Source of the DNA: Chloroflexota bacterium
GTDB lineage: Bacteria; Chloroflexota; Dehalococcoidia; DSTF01; RBG-16-68-14
Assembly (NCBI GenBank): GCA_029262675.1
Contig: JAJCYW010000010.1
Location: forward strand, 129,166-193,165
Direction of reading: 5' to 3'
Length of the DNA: 64,000 nucleotides
The first letter of the stretch is position 1. Each line of letters begins with the position of its first letter. The notes under the pieces were generated by a model that saw only the letters and a list, made by a program, of their open reading frames with translations, did not search any database and was not told where the DNA came from. Positions 8,515 through 18,912 of the stretch are shown piece after piece. Both the position numbers and the translations under genes were made by a program.

Positions 8515-9759
8515 GATGCCCACGTATTGCATGCCTGCCGCCTCGACGGCGGAGCGGTTCAGCACGTTCCGTCCGTCGAGCAGCGCACGGCATCCGGCGA
8601 ACGACGTGAAGTCGAGGTCTCGGTACTCGCTGTGCCAGGCCTGCACGATGATGGCGTCGACGCCAGGCTGCGGCAAGCTCGCCACCGGCTGCAGCCCCAG
8701 GCCGCGCAGCTCGTCGCCTGAGAAGAGCGGGTCGTGGACGAGCGCCTTCGCGCCGCGTGCCCGCAGCGCTTCCACTAGCAGCAGCGCGCTGGAGTGGGCC
8801 GCCTCCTTCACGTTGGAGCGGTAGGACACCCCCAGGACGAGCACCGTCGCGTCGCGGAGAGAACCGAGCGCCCGCTCTAGTCGCGCGACGCCGTAGGCCG
8901 CCATCGCGTCGTTTGCGGCGCGGGCGGCGGCCGGCAACACCAAGCCCGCCTCGCGTGGCAGAAAGTGTGGGTAGACGGGGAGGCAGTGGCCGCCGACGCC
9001 GACGCCCGGCTGGTGCAGGTGCGCGTAGGGTTGGCTGTTTGCGGCACGGATCACCTCCGCCACGTCGACGCCGACAGTATCGGCGTAGCGCGCCAGCTCG
9101 CCGGCCAGCGCGATGTTGACGTCGCGGTAGATGCCCTCCGCCAGCTTCGCGAACTCTGCCGTCTCCGGATCCGGGACGCGCATGATGGCCGGCGCTTCGA
9201 GCGCCGCCTTGTAGAATGCCTCAGCCTGCGCCCAGCTCGGTTCGTCCAGCGCGCCGACGATCTTCGGGTACGACGTTAAGTCCTGGAAGATGCGGCCCGT
9301 CGTCAGCCGCTCCGGGCTCGCCGCGAGCCGTACGTCATCGACGCCGGCCAGCGCCGCGCCGACGCGGCCCCGCGTGGTCCCGACGGGGACTGTCGTTTCG
9401 ACGATAATGAGAGTGCCCGGCCGCAACCCCTGCCGAATCGACTCGACCGCCGCGTCCAGATTCGTGAAGTCGGGTGCGCGGTCGTCCGTGAGGCCGACCG
9501 GCACGATGATGACGGCCACGTCGCTGGCCGCCACGGCGGCGGCTGTGTCGGTCGTCGCGCGCAGCGTCCCGGCCGCGATGGCGGAAGCCAACCCCTCCTC
9601 CAGGCCGGCCTCGCCCGCTATCGGGCAGACGCCGGCGTTGATCTGCGCGACGCGGTCCGCGTTCGCGTCGCAGCCGGCGACCGTCAGGCCGCGTGATGCA
9701 TACTGCACCGCGAGCGGCAGGCCAACTTTGCCCAGGCCGACGACGCAGACGTTCATCAT
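8506..9759 (-). CDS. UDP-N-acetyl-D-glucosamine/mannosamine 6-dehydrogenase (WbpA/WecC-like nucleotide-sugar dehydrogenase)
   Basis: N-terminal Rossmann VCVVGLGKVGLPLA; catalytic region GVGVGGHCLPVYP; C-terminal UDP-binding domain. ATGA overlap with the upstream gene. Confidence 0.8.
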   Translation of the reverse strand: MMNVCVVGLGKVGLPLAVQYASRGLTVAGCDANADRVAQINAGVCPIAGEAGLEEGLASAIAAGTLRATTDTAAAVAASDVAVIIVPVGLTDDRAPDFTNLDAAVESIRQGLRPGTLIIVETTVPVGTTRGRVGAALAGVDDVRLAASPERLTTGRIFQDLTSYPKIVGALDEPSWAQAEAFYKAALEAPAIMRVPDPETAEFAKLAEGIYRDVNIALAGELARYADTVGVDVAEVIRAANSQPYAHLHQPGVGVGGHCLPVYPHFLPREAGLVLPAAARAANDAMAAYGVARLERALGSLRDATVLVLGVSYRSNVKEAAHSSALLLVEALRARGAKALVHDPLFSGDELRGLGLQPVASLPQPGVDAIIVQAWHSEYRDLDFTSFAGCRALLDGRNVLNRSAVEAAGMQYVGIGR

Positions 9760-10748
9760 GCCAGCCGCCCGCCGGCCACCGCGACGGGCTCGCCGCGCGC
9801 GGCCGACTCCACCAGCGCGTCCGCAACCCTCATCGCGGCGATTGCGTCGTCCGCGCCGACGAGAGGCGGCATATTGCGATGTGCCGCCTGGAGAAACGCG
9901 CTCAGCTCGACGCGCAGCGGTTCGTCTCGCTCGATTTCGATGACAACCGCGGCGGACGGTTCGGCGGCATCTGCCGTTTCGAAGAAACGCAACTCCTGCC
10001 TGATGTAGTCGGCCACGAACATCCCGTGCTCGCCGACGACCGTCAGCTCTCGCCGCTTCTCGGGCGTCAGCCAGTTTACGTCCAGCGCGCCGGTCACGCC
10101 GCCTTCAAAGCGCAGCACGCCCAGTACCGCGTCGTCCTGTTCGGTGCGGACGCCGCGCTGCGTCTCCGCGCGCGCCCGCGTGACCTCCTGGCCGGAGAGG
10201 TGGCGCATGACGTCGATATCGTGCGTCGCCAGGTCGTGGACGACGCCGACGTCGCGCTGCCGGTCGTGGAACGGCCCGACGCGCGTCGCCCGCATCTGCA
10301 GCAGCCGTCCCAACTCGCCGGCGTCGAGCCGCCGCTTTAGCTCCACGATCGCCGGGTTACAGCGTTCGATATGCCCAACAGCGAGCGGCGTCCCGCGGGC
10401 GTCCGCGGCGTCGCGCAGACGTGTCCCCTCGTCTACTGTCGCGGCCAGTGGTTTCTCCACGAGCACGGGTACCCGCCGCTCGATGCAGGCCAGCGCCGCG
10501 TCGTAGTGACTGAGCGTCGGGACTGCGATCGATACGGCGTCCGGGTGCGCCTCGTCCAGCATCTGCTCGTAGTCGGTGTAACCGGCCACCCTGGAGCCGT
10601 CGAGACGGTCTGCATCGTTATCGGCGACGGCGACGAGTTCGGCCTGAGGCAATTCACCGTAGACGCGCGCGTGGTTGCTGCCCATCGCGCCCAGCCCGAT
10701 CACGGCCACGCGGAGCCGCTCCGCCTCGGTGGAGCGGCCGTCAGGCAC
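9756..10748 (-). CDS. Gfo/Idh/MocA-family oxidoreductase (WbpB-like UDP-GlcNAcA 3-dehydrogenase)
   Basis: VAVIGLGAMGSNHARVY Rossmann; Gfo/Idh/MocA C-terminal. Position between the dehydrogenase and the aminotransferase. Confidence 0.75.
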   Translation of the reverse strand: MPDGRSTEAERLRVAVIGLGAMGSNHARVYGELPQAELVAVADNDADRLDGSRVAGYTDYEQMLDEAHPDAVSIAVPTLSHYDAALACIERRVPVLVEKPLAATVDEGTRLRDAADARGTPLAVGHIERCNPAIVELKRRLDAGELGRLLQMRATRVGPFHDRQRDVGVVHDLATHDIDVMRHLSGQEVTRARAETQRGVRTEQDDAVLGVLRFEGGVTGALDVNWLTPEKRRELTVVGEHGMFVADYIRQELRFFETADAAEPSAAVVIEIERDEPLRVELSAFLQAAHRNMPPLVGADDAIAAMRVADALVESAARGEPVAVAGGRLA

Positions 10749-11835
10749 GTCGCGCTCCAGAGGTCGATAGCGCAGCGTTCAACTGTGCCGCGACTGCCTC
10801 CAACTCCTCGTCCGTCAGGGCTGGGTGCACGGGCAGCGACAGCACCTCTTCGGCCGCGCGCTCCGCTTCCGGGAAGGAGCCGCCGATGCCGAGTTCTTGG
10901 TACAGCGGTTGCTGGTGCAGGCAGCGTTCGTAGTACGCGACCGACTCGATGTCATGGTCGCGCAGGTGCTGTTGGACCGCGTCGCGGCGACCGTCCGCCA
11001 CGCGCACCGTGTACTGCTGGTACACGTGCACGGCGTCCGCGTGCTCCTGCGGCGTCCGTACGCCCTCCAACAGTTCGTTTAGCCGGGCTGCGTTCTCGCG
11101 GCGGTTGGCGTTCCAGCCGTCCAGCTTCGCAAGCTGAACCTTGCCCAGCGCGGCCGCGATCTCCGTCATCCGGTAGTTGCCGCTCAGGATCTCCGTCACG
11201 TAACGCTCGTGCTCGCCTTGATTTCGCAGCACGCGGGCGCGCGCCGCGACATTTTCGTCGTCCGTGACGACCATGCCGCCCTCGCCCGTCGTAATACTCT
11301 TCGTGGCGTAGAAAGAAAAGCAGGCCGTGCCCGACGACCCGACCGTATTCCCGAGCCAGCTCGCGCCGATCGCCTGGCAGGCGTCTTCGATCACGAGTAG
11401 CCCGCATGTCTCGGCGAGGCGGTGTATCGCCGTCAGGTCGCATGGATGGCCGTAGAGGTGGACGGGCAGCAGCGCCCGCGTCTGCGGAGTCACAGCGGCC
11501 TCGGCCCGCTCGGCGTCCAGCGTGAAGTAGTCAGGCTCGATGTCGGCGAGGACGGGCCGCGCGCCCGCGAGCAGCACCGCGTTGGCGCTGGCCGCGAATG
11601 TGAACGCTGGCACGATCACCTCGTCGCCGGGGCCGATGCTGTGCGCGTGCAGTGCGACGACGAGCGCGGCGGTGCCGGACGACACCGCGACGGCGTGTCG
11701 CGCGCCCAGATGGTTCGCGAACGCGGCTTCGAACTCGGCCACGCGCGGGCCCTGCGCCAGGCGGCCGGAGCGGAGCGCCGCCAGCACGGCGCGCTCCTCC
11801 TCTTCGCCGATCTGCGGCTGGGCGATACGGATCAC
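10741..11835 (-). CDS. DegT/DnrJ/EryC1-family PLP aminotransferase (WbpE-like)
   Basis: GTG at 11835 ([13 protein letters not shown]...) forms a GTGA overlap with the upstream acetyltransferase stop. ...[18 protein letters not shown]...[14 protein letters not shown] (PLP-Lys region). ORF-track 428-aa version is over-extended. Confidence 0.8.
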   Translation of the reverse strand: MIRIAQPQIGEEEERAVLAALRSGRLAQGPRVAEFEAAFANHLGARHAVAVSSGTAALVVALHAHSIGPGDEVIVPAFTFAASANAVLLAGARPVLADIEPDYFTLDAERAEAAVTPQTRALLPVHLYGHPCDLTAIHRLAETCGLLVIEDACQAIGASWLGNTVGSSGTACFSFYATKSITTGEGGMVVTDDENVAARARVLRNQGEHERYVTEILSGNYRMTEIAAALGKVQLAKLDGWNANRRENAARLNELLEGVRTPQEHADAVHVYQQYTVRVADGRRDAVQQHLRDHDIESVAYYERCLHQQPLYQELGIGGSFPEAERAAEEVLSLPVHPALTDEELEAVAAQLNAALSTSGARRA

Positions 11836-12410
11836 GGCTGCGTCACGGCTGCCGGATCGAACGTGTAGCGACGGTCGCAGGCCGCGCAACGCCAATCGCC
11901 GTTGGTCCCGGCCAGCGGCCGGCCGCAGGAACAGACGTAGCCAGCCTGGCGGGCGGGCGTGCCAAGGACGAGCGCTTGGTCCGCCACGTTCCGCGTGACG
12001 ACTGCGCCCGCGCCGACCATCGCCCAACGCCCAATCACTACGCCGGGCAGAATCACGGCGCCCGCACCTATCGATGCGCCATAGGCGACCAGCGTCGGCT
12101 CAACCTGCCAGTCATCGTCGCCCAGCGGCTCGCCGTCCGGGTCGACGGCGCGGGGGTAGTGGTCGTTGCTGAAGCTGACGTGGGGGCCGATGAAGACGCC
12201 GTCCTCTATCGTGACGCCGCGGTAGAGCGAGGCGCGGTTCTGGATCTTGACGCGATTGCCGACAACGACGCCGCGGTCGACGTAGACGCCTTTGCCGATC
12301 ACGCATTCCGCGCCGATGACGGCGTCTTCGCGCACCTGCGCCTCGTGCCAGACTCGCGTGTCTGCACCGATCTGTGCGCTATCCGCGACGTTCGCCGTGG
12401 GATGGATCAT
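11832..12410 (-). CDS. Hexapeptide-repeat N-acetyltransferase (WbpD-like) with C-terminal Cys4 ribbon
   Basis: LbH repeats ([13 protein letters not shown]..., [25 protein letters not shown]); C-terminus CSCGRPL...CAACDRRY. Confidence 0.8.
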   Translation of the reverse strand: MIHPTANVADSAQIGADTRVWHEAQVREDAVIGAECVIGKGVYVDRGVVVGNRVKIQNRASLYRGVTIEDGVFIGPHVSFSNDHYPRAVDPDGEPLGDDDWQVEPTLVAYGASIGAGAVILPGVVIGRWAMVGAGAVVTRNVADQALVLGTPARQAGYVCSCGRPLAGTNGDWRCAACDRRYTFDPAAVTQP

Positions 12411-13458
12411 CGCGCAGAAACTCTACCATGCACTCGGCCGCGCGGCCATCGCCGAACACGGATGGTGGCTCGCCCGCCGGGGCTGTGCGCTTCGCCGCTT
12501 CGACGATGCGGTCGCTGTCGCTGCCGGCCAGCACGTTCCAGCCGCCGGCCGCCGTCTCCGGCCATTCAGTCTCCTCGCGCAGCGTCACGCAGGGCACGCC
12601 CAGCAGGAAGGCCTCTTTTTGGACGCCGCCGGAGTCCGTGAGGACGACGCGCGCGCTGCGTTCCAGCGCTAGCATCTCCACGTAGCCGACAGGATCGATT
12701 ACCCGCACGTTCTCGGCGACCGTCAGCCCCGCCGACTGCATGGCGGCGCGAACACGGGGGTGCGCCGGAAAGACTACTGTTTCGTCTAGCCGGCTAAATG
12801 CAGCCAGGATACGGCCCAACGCATCGGCGTCGTCGGTGTTCGCGGCGCGATGAACGGTGGCCAGCGCGTATTGGCCGGCTGTCAACTCCAGTCGCGAGAC
12901 GATGTCCGACTGCTCGGCCTGCGGCAGCTGTTCGCGGAGGGCGTCATACATGATGTCGCCGGTGAGGCGCGCCCTGTCGCCCAGGCCTTCCTTTGCGAGC
13001 TGGTCGACGGCCGTCTGCGTCGGGCAGAAGAGCAGGTCGGCGGCGTGGTCCGTCAGCACGCGGTTCAGCTCTTCGGGCATCGACCTGTCGAAGCTGCGCA
13101 GCCCGGCCTCCACGTGCGCCAGCGGCATACCGAGCTTCGCGGCGGCCAACGCGCCGGCCAGCGTCGAGTTCGTGTCGCCGAAGACGACGACCCAGTCGGG
13201 CGCTTCCTCTTGCAGCGCAGGCTCCAGCAGTTCCAGCATGCGGCCGGTCTGCTGTCCGTGCGGAGCGGAGCCGACGCCGAGTTGGTGGGCCGGGCGAGGC
13301 AGCGTCAGCGACTCGAAGAACACGTCTGACAGCTCGCGGTCGTAGTGCTGGCCGGTGTGGATCAGGACTTCGCTGATCTGCTGTGCCGCTAGCGCGCGGC
13401 TGAACACGGCGGCCTTGATGAACTGCGGCCGGGCCCCGACGACGGTGACGACCTTCAC
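12379..13458 (-). CDS. UDP-N-acetylglucosamine 2-epimerase (WecB/WbpI-like, non-hydrolysing)
   Basis: [19 protein letters not shown]...HTGQHYD...HVEAGLRS...DSGGVQKEA, the classic epimerase_2 family. Confidence 0.85.
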   Translation of the reverse strand: MKVVTVVGARPQFIKAAVFSRALAAQQISEVLIHTGQHYDRELSDVFFESLTLPRPAHQLGVGSAPHGQQTGRMLELLEPALQEEAPDWVVVFGDTNSTLAGALAAAKLGMPLAHVEAGLRSFDRSMPEELNRVLTDHAADLLFCPTQTAVDQLAKEGLGDRARLTGDIMYDALREQLPQAEQSDIVSRLELTAGQYALATVHRAANTDDADALGRILAAFSRLDETVVFPAHPRVRAAMQSAGLTVAENVRVIDPVGYVEMLALERSARVVLTDSGGVQKEAFLLGVPCVTLREETEWPETAAGGWNVLAGSDSDRIVEAAKRTAPAGEPPSVFGDGRAAECMVEFLRDDPSHGERRG

Positions 13459-13467
13459 GAGATGGGG

Positions 13468-15372
13468 CTAGTTGTCGGAGAACGTGGGCGCCGCGTGGAC
13501 GTCACGCTGGTCGATGCGGGCGAGCGCGTGGATGCGCGCGGCCAGCTCGTCCCGGTCCTCGGGCAGGTCACGCTGCAGCTCCTCGATCTTGCCCATGATC
13601 TCATCAGAGGCGGTGGCCGGCGTGTCGGGGGCGAGAAAGATCTTGGGGTGCTCCGTCGCGAGGAACTTACCGCGCCTCTGCAACGGTTCTTCGCCAAGCT
13701 GCTCTCCGGGCCGCAGACCGGTGTAGACGATCTCGATATCTTTGCCGGGCTGGAAACCGCGGAGACGGATCAGCTTCTCCGCCAGGTCGCCGATCTTCAC
13801 TTCTTCGCCGAGGTCCATCACGAACACGGCGCTATCGCTCTGGAACGCCGCGGCCTGGACCAGCAGGCGGACGGCCTGCGGCGGAGACATGAAGTAGCGC
13901 ATAGCGCGGGCATCGGTGAGCATCACGGGCCCGCCGCGCTCGATCTGGCGGAGGAAGAGCGGGACGACGCTGCCTCGGCTGCCCATGACGTTGTGCAGGC
14001 GGACGGCGTTGAAGTGGGTCTTGCTGCGGCCCGCGAGCGCCGTCGCGACGAGCTCACCGATGCGCTTCGTCGCTCCGTAGACGCTGTCCAGGTCCGCTGC
14101 CTTGTTGCTGGAGACGAAGACGAACTGGTCCGCGCCGGCGGCGTCTGCCGCGCGGCAGAGGTTCATGGTGCCGACGACGTTGACGTGGAACGCCGCCTCC
14201 GGGTGCGCCTCGATGACGGGAATGTGCTTGTAAGCCGCGGTGTGGAAGATCACGTCCGGCCGCGCCGAGCGGAACGTGCGCTCAACCTGATCGCGATCGA
14301 CGATGTTGGTGATCCAGATGCGCGCTTCCAGGCCTTCGGCTGCCAGGTCGCGCTGCAGGTCGTAGAGGCCGGTCTCGTTGGTGTCCAGCAGGTGTACGAC
14401 GGCCGGTTCCAGAGCCAGCAACTGGTGTGCCAGCTCCTGGCCCAGATAGCCCGCGGCACCCGTGATCAGCACGCCCCGGTCGTGGACTAGCGCAGCGCAG
14501 GCGGCGAGATCGATCTTCGCCTCCTCCCGTCCGAGAAGGTCGTCGACGGTGATCTCGCGGAGCTGCGCGGCCGCGTCCGCGTGTACCATCTCCGGCACGC
14601 CGGGAACGGTTCTCACGCTGACGTCGGCCTGCTGGCAGAAGCCGACAAATTCCCGGATCGTGGCGCCGCTGGCTGACGACATCGCCAGCGCGACCATGTC
14701 CACTCCGCGTGTCGCGGCCAGCCGTGGGATGTCCTGTCGCGTGCCGAGGACGGGAAGCCCGTGGATCCGCTGCCCGCGCTTCTTCGGGTCGTCGTCCACA
14801 AAGCCGATCGGCTTGTACTGCCACTCTGGGTGCTGGAGGAACTCGCGCGCCAGCATCTGGCCGGTGTGGCCGGCCCCGGCGACGAGCACTTGCTGCGCCG
14901 GACCACCCCAGCCCGTGAAGGGCGTCTGGGAGCGCAGGCGCGGCCAGAGCTTCGCGACGCCCATCGAGAGGAAGATCAGTGCCGGGGCCATGCCCGTGAC
15001 GGTGAGCGGTATGTGTCGCGGCGTCAGGAAGACATTGATGCCGATCAGCAGGATCGACACGAGCCCGACGGCCGACGCCAGGCTCACTGCGTCTGCCAGG
15101 CTGGCGTACTGCCAGGCGGTGCGGTAGATGCCGAAGAAGTAGTTCCCCGCGATGTAGGCTAGGACGATCAGCGCGATCACCTGGCCGAAGAAGACCATCG
15201 AATCCCGCGGCACCGACCCGTCGAACTTCAACCCCAGCGCGGCCGCGTAGCAGGCGATGACGAGCAGCGCATCCAAGACCAGAACAGGCAGCAGACGCAG
15301 CCCGCGCTGCAGAACCGATGTGGAGGCGGCAGGTATCTGGCCTTCGTCGTCGTGTTGGGGTTGATCGGGCAT
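13468..15372 (-). CDS. Membrane-bound polysaccharide biosynthesis protein CapD/PglF/WbpM-like (UDP-GlcNAc 4,6-dehydratase)
   Basis: 634 aa: 4 N-terminal TM helices, then two Rossmann-like halves (VLVAGAGHTGQMLAREF; VLITGAAGYLGQELAHQLL); ...YGATKRIGE (YxxxK). Confidence 0.8.
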   Translation of the reverse strand: MPDQPQHDDEGQIPAASTSVLQRGLRLLPVLVLDALLVIACYAAALGLKFDGSVPRDSMVFFGQVIALIVLAYIAGNYFFGIYRTAWQYASLADAVSLASAVGLVSILLIGINVFLTPRHIPLTVTGMAPALIFLSMGVAKLWPRLRSQTPFTGWGGPAQQVLVAGAGHTGQMLAREFLQHPEWQYKPIGFVDDDPKKRGQRIHGLPVLGTRQDIPRLAATRGVDMVALAMSSASGATIREFVGFCQQADVSVRTVPGVPEMVHADAAAQLREITVDDLLGREEAKIDLAACAALVHDRGVLITGAAGYLGQELAHQLLALEPAVVHLLDTNETGLYDLQRDLAAEGLEARIWITNIVDRDQVERTFRSARPDVIFHTAAYKHIPVIEAHPEAAFHVNVVGTMNLCRAADAAGADQFVFVSSNKAADLDSVYGATKRIGELVATALAGRSKTHFNAVRLHNVMGSRGSVVPLFLRQIERGGPVMLTDARAMRYFMSPPQAVRLLVQAAAFQSDSAVFVMDLGEEVKIGDLAEKLIRLRGFQPGKDIEIVYTGLRPGEQLGEEPLQRRGKFLATEHPKIFLAPDTPATASDEIMGKIEELQRDLPEDRDELAARIHALARIDQRDVHAAPTFSDN

Positions 15373-15398
15373 CTGCGGGGTGGGCGTCCCTTCCGCGT

Positions 15399-15992
15399 TC
15401 AGCGTGCGCCGCGCCGGCTCAGGACGGCCGGCAGCGTCTTCGCCAGGATCACCACGTCACCGAGCAACGAGTGGCGGTCCACATACTCGAGATCGTAGAG
15501 CATGGTCTCTTCGTACGTCAAACTGGCGCGGCCGTTCACCTGCGCCAGTCCCGTGATGCCGGGCCGCACGGTGTGGCGGCGGTGGAACTCCGGCTCGTAT
15601 TGCTCTACTAGCTCTGGCACGTCCGGCCGCGGTCCCACGACGGACATGTCTCCGCGCAGGACGTTGATGAGGTTCGGTAGCTCGTCCAGGCTCGTCGAAC
15701 GGAGCAGGAGGCCGATGCGCGTGTAGGTCTTGCCACCGTAGAGCGGGTCGAAGACGTAACTGCCGAAGTCGGTCACGTCCGGTACCTGCATCGATTGGTC
15801 GCCGTCAGGGCCCACCGTCATCGTGCGGAACTTGAGGACGTCGAAGACCGCGCCGTCCTTGCCGACCCGCGGCTGCTTGAAGATCAGCGGCCCGCGTGAC
15901 TCCAGCCTGACGGCTATCGAGACGGCGATGATGACGGGCGATAGCGCGATAAGGGTCGCGCCTGCCACCAGGATGTCGAACGCGCGCTTCAC
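15399..15992 (-). CDS. Small PglC/WbaP-C-terminal-type undecaprenyl-phosphate sugar phosphotransferase (initiating)
   Basis: 197 aa. MKRAFDILVAGATLIALSPVIIAVSIAV...LIFKQPRVGKDGAVFDVLKFRTM...PGITGLAQV bacterial sugar-transferase signature. Confidence 0.85.
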   Translation of the reverse strand: MKRAFDILVAGATLIALSPVIIAVSIAVRLESRGPLIFKQPRVGKDGAVFDVLKFRTMTVGPDGDQSMQVPDVTDFGSYVFDPLYGGKTYTRIGLLLRSTSLDELPNLINVLRGDMSVVGPRPDVPELVEQYEPEFHRRHTVRPGITGLAQVNGRASLTYEETMLYDLEYVDRHSLLGDVVILAKTLPAVLSRRGAR

Positions 15993-17185
15993 TAGCCGCG
16001 CCCGGCGCGGCCGTGTGCGGTGACGATCTCGCGGACGGCGGTGGCGACACGCTCGACGGCGTCGTCGTCCATGCGCGGGTAGATCGGCAGGGAGATCAGG
16101 TTCTCGTAGACCTTCTCCGCGACCGGGAAGTCGCCAGGGCCAAGCGAGAGCGCGTCTCGATAGTATGGGTGGAGGTGGATCGGGATGAAGTGAACGGAGG
16201 TGCCGATGCCGCGCTCGCGCAGCTCGTCGATGAACTGCGCCCGGCTGATCGTCACGCGGTCGAGGTGGAAGCGGATCGGGTAGAGGTGCCAGGCGTGGAC
16301 GATCTCCTCTCGCACCGGCGGCCGGATCAGCTCTGGCACGTCCGCGAAGAGCGCGTCGTACTGACCGGCGATCTCCGTCCGTCGCGCCTGGAACGCGTCC
16401 AGCTTCCGTAGCTGGTGGATGCCCAGCGCCGCCTGGATGTCCGTCATCGCATAGTTGAATCCCGGCGCCAGCACTTGGTACTCGGCGCTGCCGCCCTTCG
16501 AATAGCGATTCCAGGCGTTCTTGCTCAGACCGTGCAGGCTGAGCAGCCGCACCTGGTCCGCTAGCTCCGCATCGTTGGTCGTGAGCATGCCGCCCTGACC
16601 GGTCGTAATCGGTTTGATCGGGTAGAAGCTGAAGACCGACGCGTCTGACAGCGTGCCGATGGGCCGGCCGCGGTAGCGAGCGCCGATGGCGTGCGCGGCG
16701 TCCTCGACCACGCGCAGGCCGTGCTTGTCGGCGAGCGACTGCAACTCGTCCATGCGACAGGGCTGCCCGCCGTAGTGCATTGGCATCACGGCCTTCGTCC
16801 TGGGCGTGATCAACCGCTCGATCTCGGCGATGTCGATGTTGTAGTCGTCCTCTCGCACGTCGGCCAGCACCGGCGTCGCGCCGGCATGGAGAATGACGTT
16901 GACCGTCGCCGCGAAGGTCAGCGGCGTCGTGATCACCTCGTCTCCGGGGCCGATGCCGGCCGCAAGCAGCGCTAGATGCATGCCTGCGGTGCAGGAAGAC
17001 AGCGCGACAGCGTGCGTCGCGCCGGTGACCTCGCGGAACGCCGCCTCAAACGCTTGGACTTTGGGTCCGCCTGTCAGCCAGCCAGAGCGAAGCGTATCGA
17101 CGACCTCATCGATCTCCTCCTGGCCGATCTCCGGCAGCGCGAACGGCAGGAACGGCTCGACAGCCGCCGGCGTTGGCTTGCTCAT
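15992..17185 (-). CDS. DegT/DnrJ/EryC1-family aminotransferase (PglE-like UDP-4-keto-6-deoxy-HexNAc aminotransferase)
   Basis: ATG 17185 (MSKPTPAAVEPF...) with GAGGAAGG RBS; ATGA overlap with the methyltransferase stop. ORF-track 537-aa version is over-extended. Confidence 0.8.
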   Translation of the reverse strand: MSKPTPAAVEPFLPFALPEIGQEEIDEVVDTLRSGWLTGGPKVQAFEAAFREVTGATHAVALSSCTAGMHLALLAAGIGPGDEVITTPLTFAATVNVILHAGATPVLADVREDDYNIDIAEIERLITPRTKAVMPMHYGGQPCRMDELQSLADKHGLRVVEDAAHAIGARYRGRPIGTLSDASVFSFYPIKPITTGQGGMLTTNDAELADQVRLLSLHGLSKNAWNRYSKGGSAEYQVLAPGFNYAMTDIQAALGIHQLRKLDAFQARRTEIAGQYDALFADVPELIRPPVREEIVHAWHLYPIRFHLDRVTISRAQFIDELRERGIGTSVHFIPIHLHPYYRDALSLGPGDFPVAEKVYENLISLPIYPRMDDDAVERVATAVREIVTAHGRAGRG

Positions 17186-17862
17186 CAGTTTGTCGCCTTC
17201 CTCACGGTTGCTAGCAGATGAGTGCGTAGCGCCGGCAGTCGTTCCAGCACGTGGCACAGACCTGGATTCCCTCCCAGCGCGCGTGTTATCGGCGGCGCCA
17301 GCGTGACGCGTTCGATTTCGACCGTCGTATCTGCGAACAACCGCCGCAACTCGGCGGCGGAGACGGGGCGCGTGCGGCGGTTGAATGGGTTGATCCAGAA
17401 GTCGTAGACGACCAAGAGGCCACCCGGCCGCAGTACGCGCAGCACCTCGGCCGCCGCAGCGCGGCGCACCTCGGCGTCCAGCATCGAACTGAGCGACGTG
17501 AACGCGAACGCCAGGTCGAACGTCTCGTTGCGGTAGGGCAGGGCGGCGGCGTCCGCGACGGCCACGGCCACACCGGCCGCCGACTGGCCTGCCCCGCCCA
17601 CCCACGCGGCGTCGATGTCGATGCCGGTCAGACGCTCGGCGTCCGCGCCGTGGCCGAGCAGCGTCCGGAGCAACGAGCCGCTGCCGCAGCCTACCTCCAC
17701 GACGCGCAGGCCGGAGAGGCCAGTGATACCGTTGTTCCGCAGCAGCGCGAGGAAGGCTGTGTCGCGAGATTCATGGATGTAACGCTCCGCGGCGCTCAGG
17801 TGCGCGTATAGGCCGGGAGATGGCCTGGCTGTTTCTAAATCAAGCGTGGCTGCGAGCGTCAC
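17185..17862 (-). CDS. Class I SAM-dependent methyltransferase
   Basis: VVEVGCGSGSLLRTLL...LPYRNETFDLAFAF...LRPGGLLVV (Methyltransf_11-like motifs I and post-I). GTG 17862 overlaps the GT2 stop (GTGA). Start uncertain. Confidence 0.65.
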   Translation of the reverse strand: MTLAATLDLETARPSPGLYAHLSAAERYIHESRDTAFLALLRNNGITGLSGLRVVEVGCGSGSLLRTLLGHGADAERLTGIDIDAAWVGGAGQSAAGVAVAVADAAALPYRNETFDLAFAFTSLSSMLDAEVRRAAAAEVLRVLRPGGLLVVYDFWINPFNRRTRPVSAAELRRLFADTTVEIERVTLAPPITRALGGNPGLCHVLERLPALRTHLLATVRKATN

Positions 17863-18887
17863 GGCGCCTCCGCCTCTCTTGGTTTTGCCACTGGCTGTCC
17901 GAGTAGGCGTCTCAGTGTCCCGTTGATGAAACCCAGACCGTAGGCGACGTGGATCGTCGCGAAGATGAAGGGAAGTCGAACCATGTGCCGCCAGCCGTGG
18001 CGTCGCGCGAGCAATAGCGAGCCGGCTGCGACGGTTGCCCCGTAGGCAGTCGCAAGCACCGCCAGCGGGAGGGCCAACAGGCCGCCGAATGCGGCCAGTA
18101 TCCCCGTTGCCAGCAGCGCCAGCACGAACGCCGCAGGCACCAGTTGGCGCACGCGCGTCTGGCGCGGATGGCGGCCGAGCACGACGACCTTGGCTTGGCC
18201 GTAGCCGAGGTACTGCCGCGCCAGCTCCCAGATCGACGTCCGGGCGTAGTAGGTGGAATGAATCGCCGGCGTCAGCAGGATGCGGCCGCCGGCGTCGCGG
18301 AGGCGGTAGTGCAGCTCGTCGTCCTCGCCGCCCTCGATCTCCGCGAACGGCCCGATACGGTCGAAAACGTCGCGGCGGTAGGCCGGGAACGCGACCGTGT
18401 CGGTCCACTGCTCGTCGTTGCTGTAGCGGAACACGGCGTTGCCGACGCCGAACGGCGACGAGATCGCTCGCGCGATCGATTCCCCTGTTGCTCCCTCGCC
18501 GACCGTGCTGATGGCACCGCCGACGACGTCGGCGCCCGTTCGTTGGAGGGCGGCGATGCACTGGCTGATGTAGCCCTCCGCAACCGTGGCGTGGGCGTCT
18601 ACGCGCGCGATGACGTCTCCCTGCGCGAACGCCAGGCCGATGTTGAGGCCGCGCGCCGTGTGCCGCCCGCGGTTCGCGACGACCTGCAGCAGAGGCAGCT
18701 TTTCGTGGAATCCGTTCGCGACCTCGCGCGAGCCGTCCTCCGACGCGCCATCCACGACGATCACCTCGAAAAGGTCCCCGGGGTAGTCCTGCGCGGCCAG
18801 GCTCTCCAGGCAGCGCGCGATGTGGCGCTCCTCGTTGCGCATGGGAACGATCACGGAGACGAAAGGAAGGTCGGTCGGATCAGACAT
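17859..18887 (-). CDS. Family 2 glycosyltransferase (GT2) with C-terminal TM helices
   Basis: VSVIVPMRNEERHIARCLESLAAQDYP...EVIVVDGASEDGS...DAH; C-terminal hydrophobic segment. Confidence 0.85.
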   Translation of the reverse strand: MSDPTDLPFVSVIVPMRNEERHIARCLESLAAQDYPGDLFEVIVVDGASEDGSREVANGFHEKLPLLQVVANRGRHTARGLNIGLAFAQGDVIARVDAHATVAEGYISQCIAALQRTGADVVGGAISTVGEGATGESIARAISSPFGVGNAVFRYSNDEQWTDTVAFPAYRRDVFDRIGPFAEIEGGEDDELHYRLRDAGGRILLTPAIHSTYYARTSIWELARQYLGYGQAKVVVLGRHPRQTRVRQLVPAAFVLALLATGILAAFGGLLALPLAVLATAYGATVAAGSLLLARRHGWRHMVRLPFIFATIHVAYGLGFINGTLRRLLGQPVAKPREAEAP

Positions 18888-18912
18888 GGATCACAGGTTG
18901 TAGCGTGTGGCG

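Noticed and set aside
9290-12685. Multiple long + strand ORFs (e.g. 9290-9943, 10371-11267, 11652-12641) across the wbp-like genes
   Set aside because: Arg/Pro-rich shadow ORFs antisense to confidently assigned enzyme genes; no RBS or domain signal.
15992-17605. 537-aa version of the PglE-like aminotransferase ORF, and the 458-aa (17185-18561) and 667-aa (20074-22077) ORFs
   Set aside because: N-terminal extensions are Arg/Gly-rich read-throughs into the upstream genes. True starts with RBS and ATGA/GTGA coupling were found internally, at 17185, 17862 and 21288.
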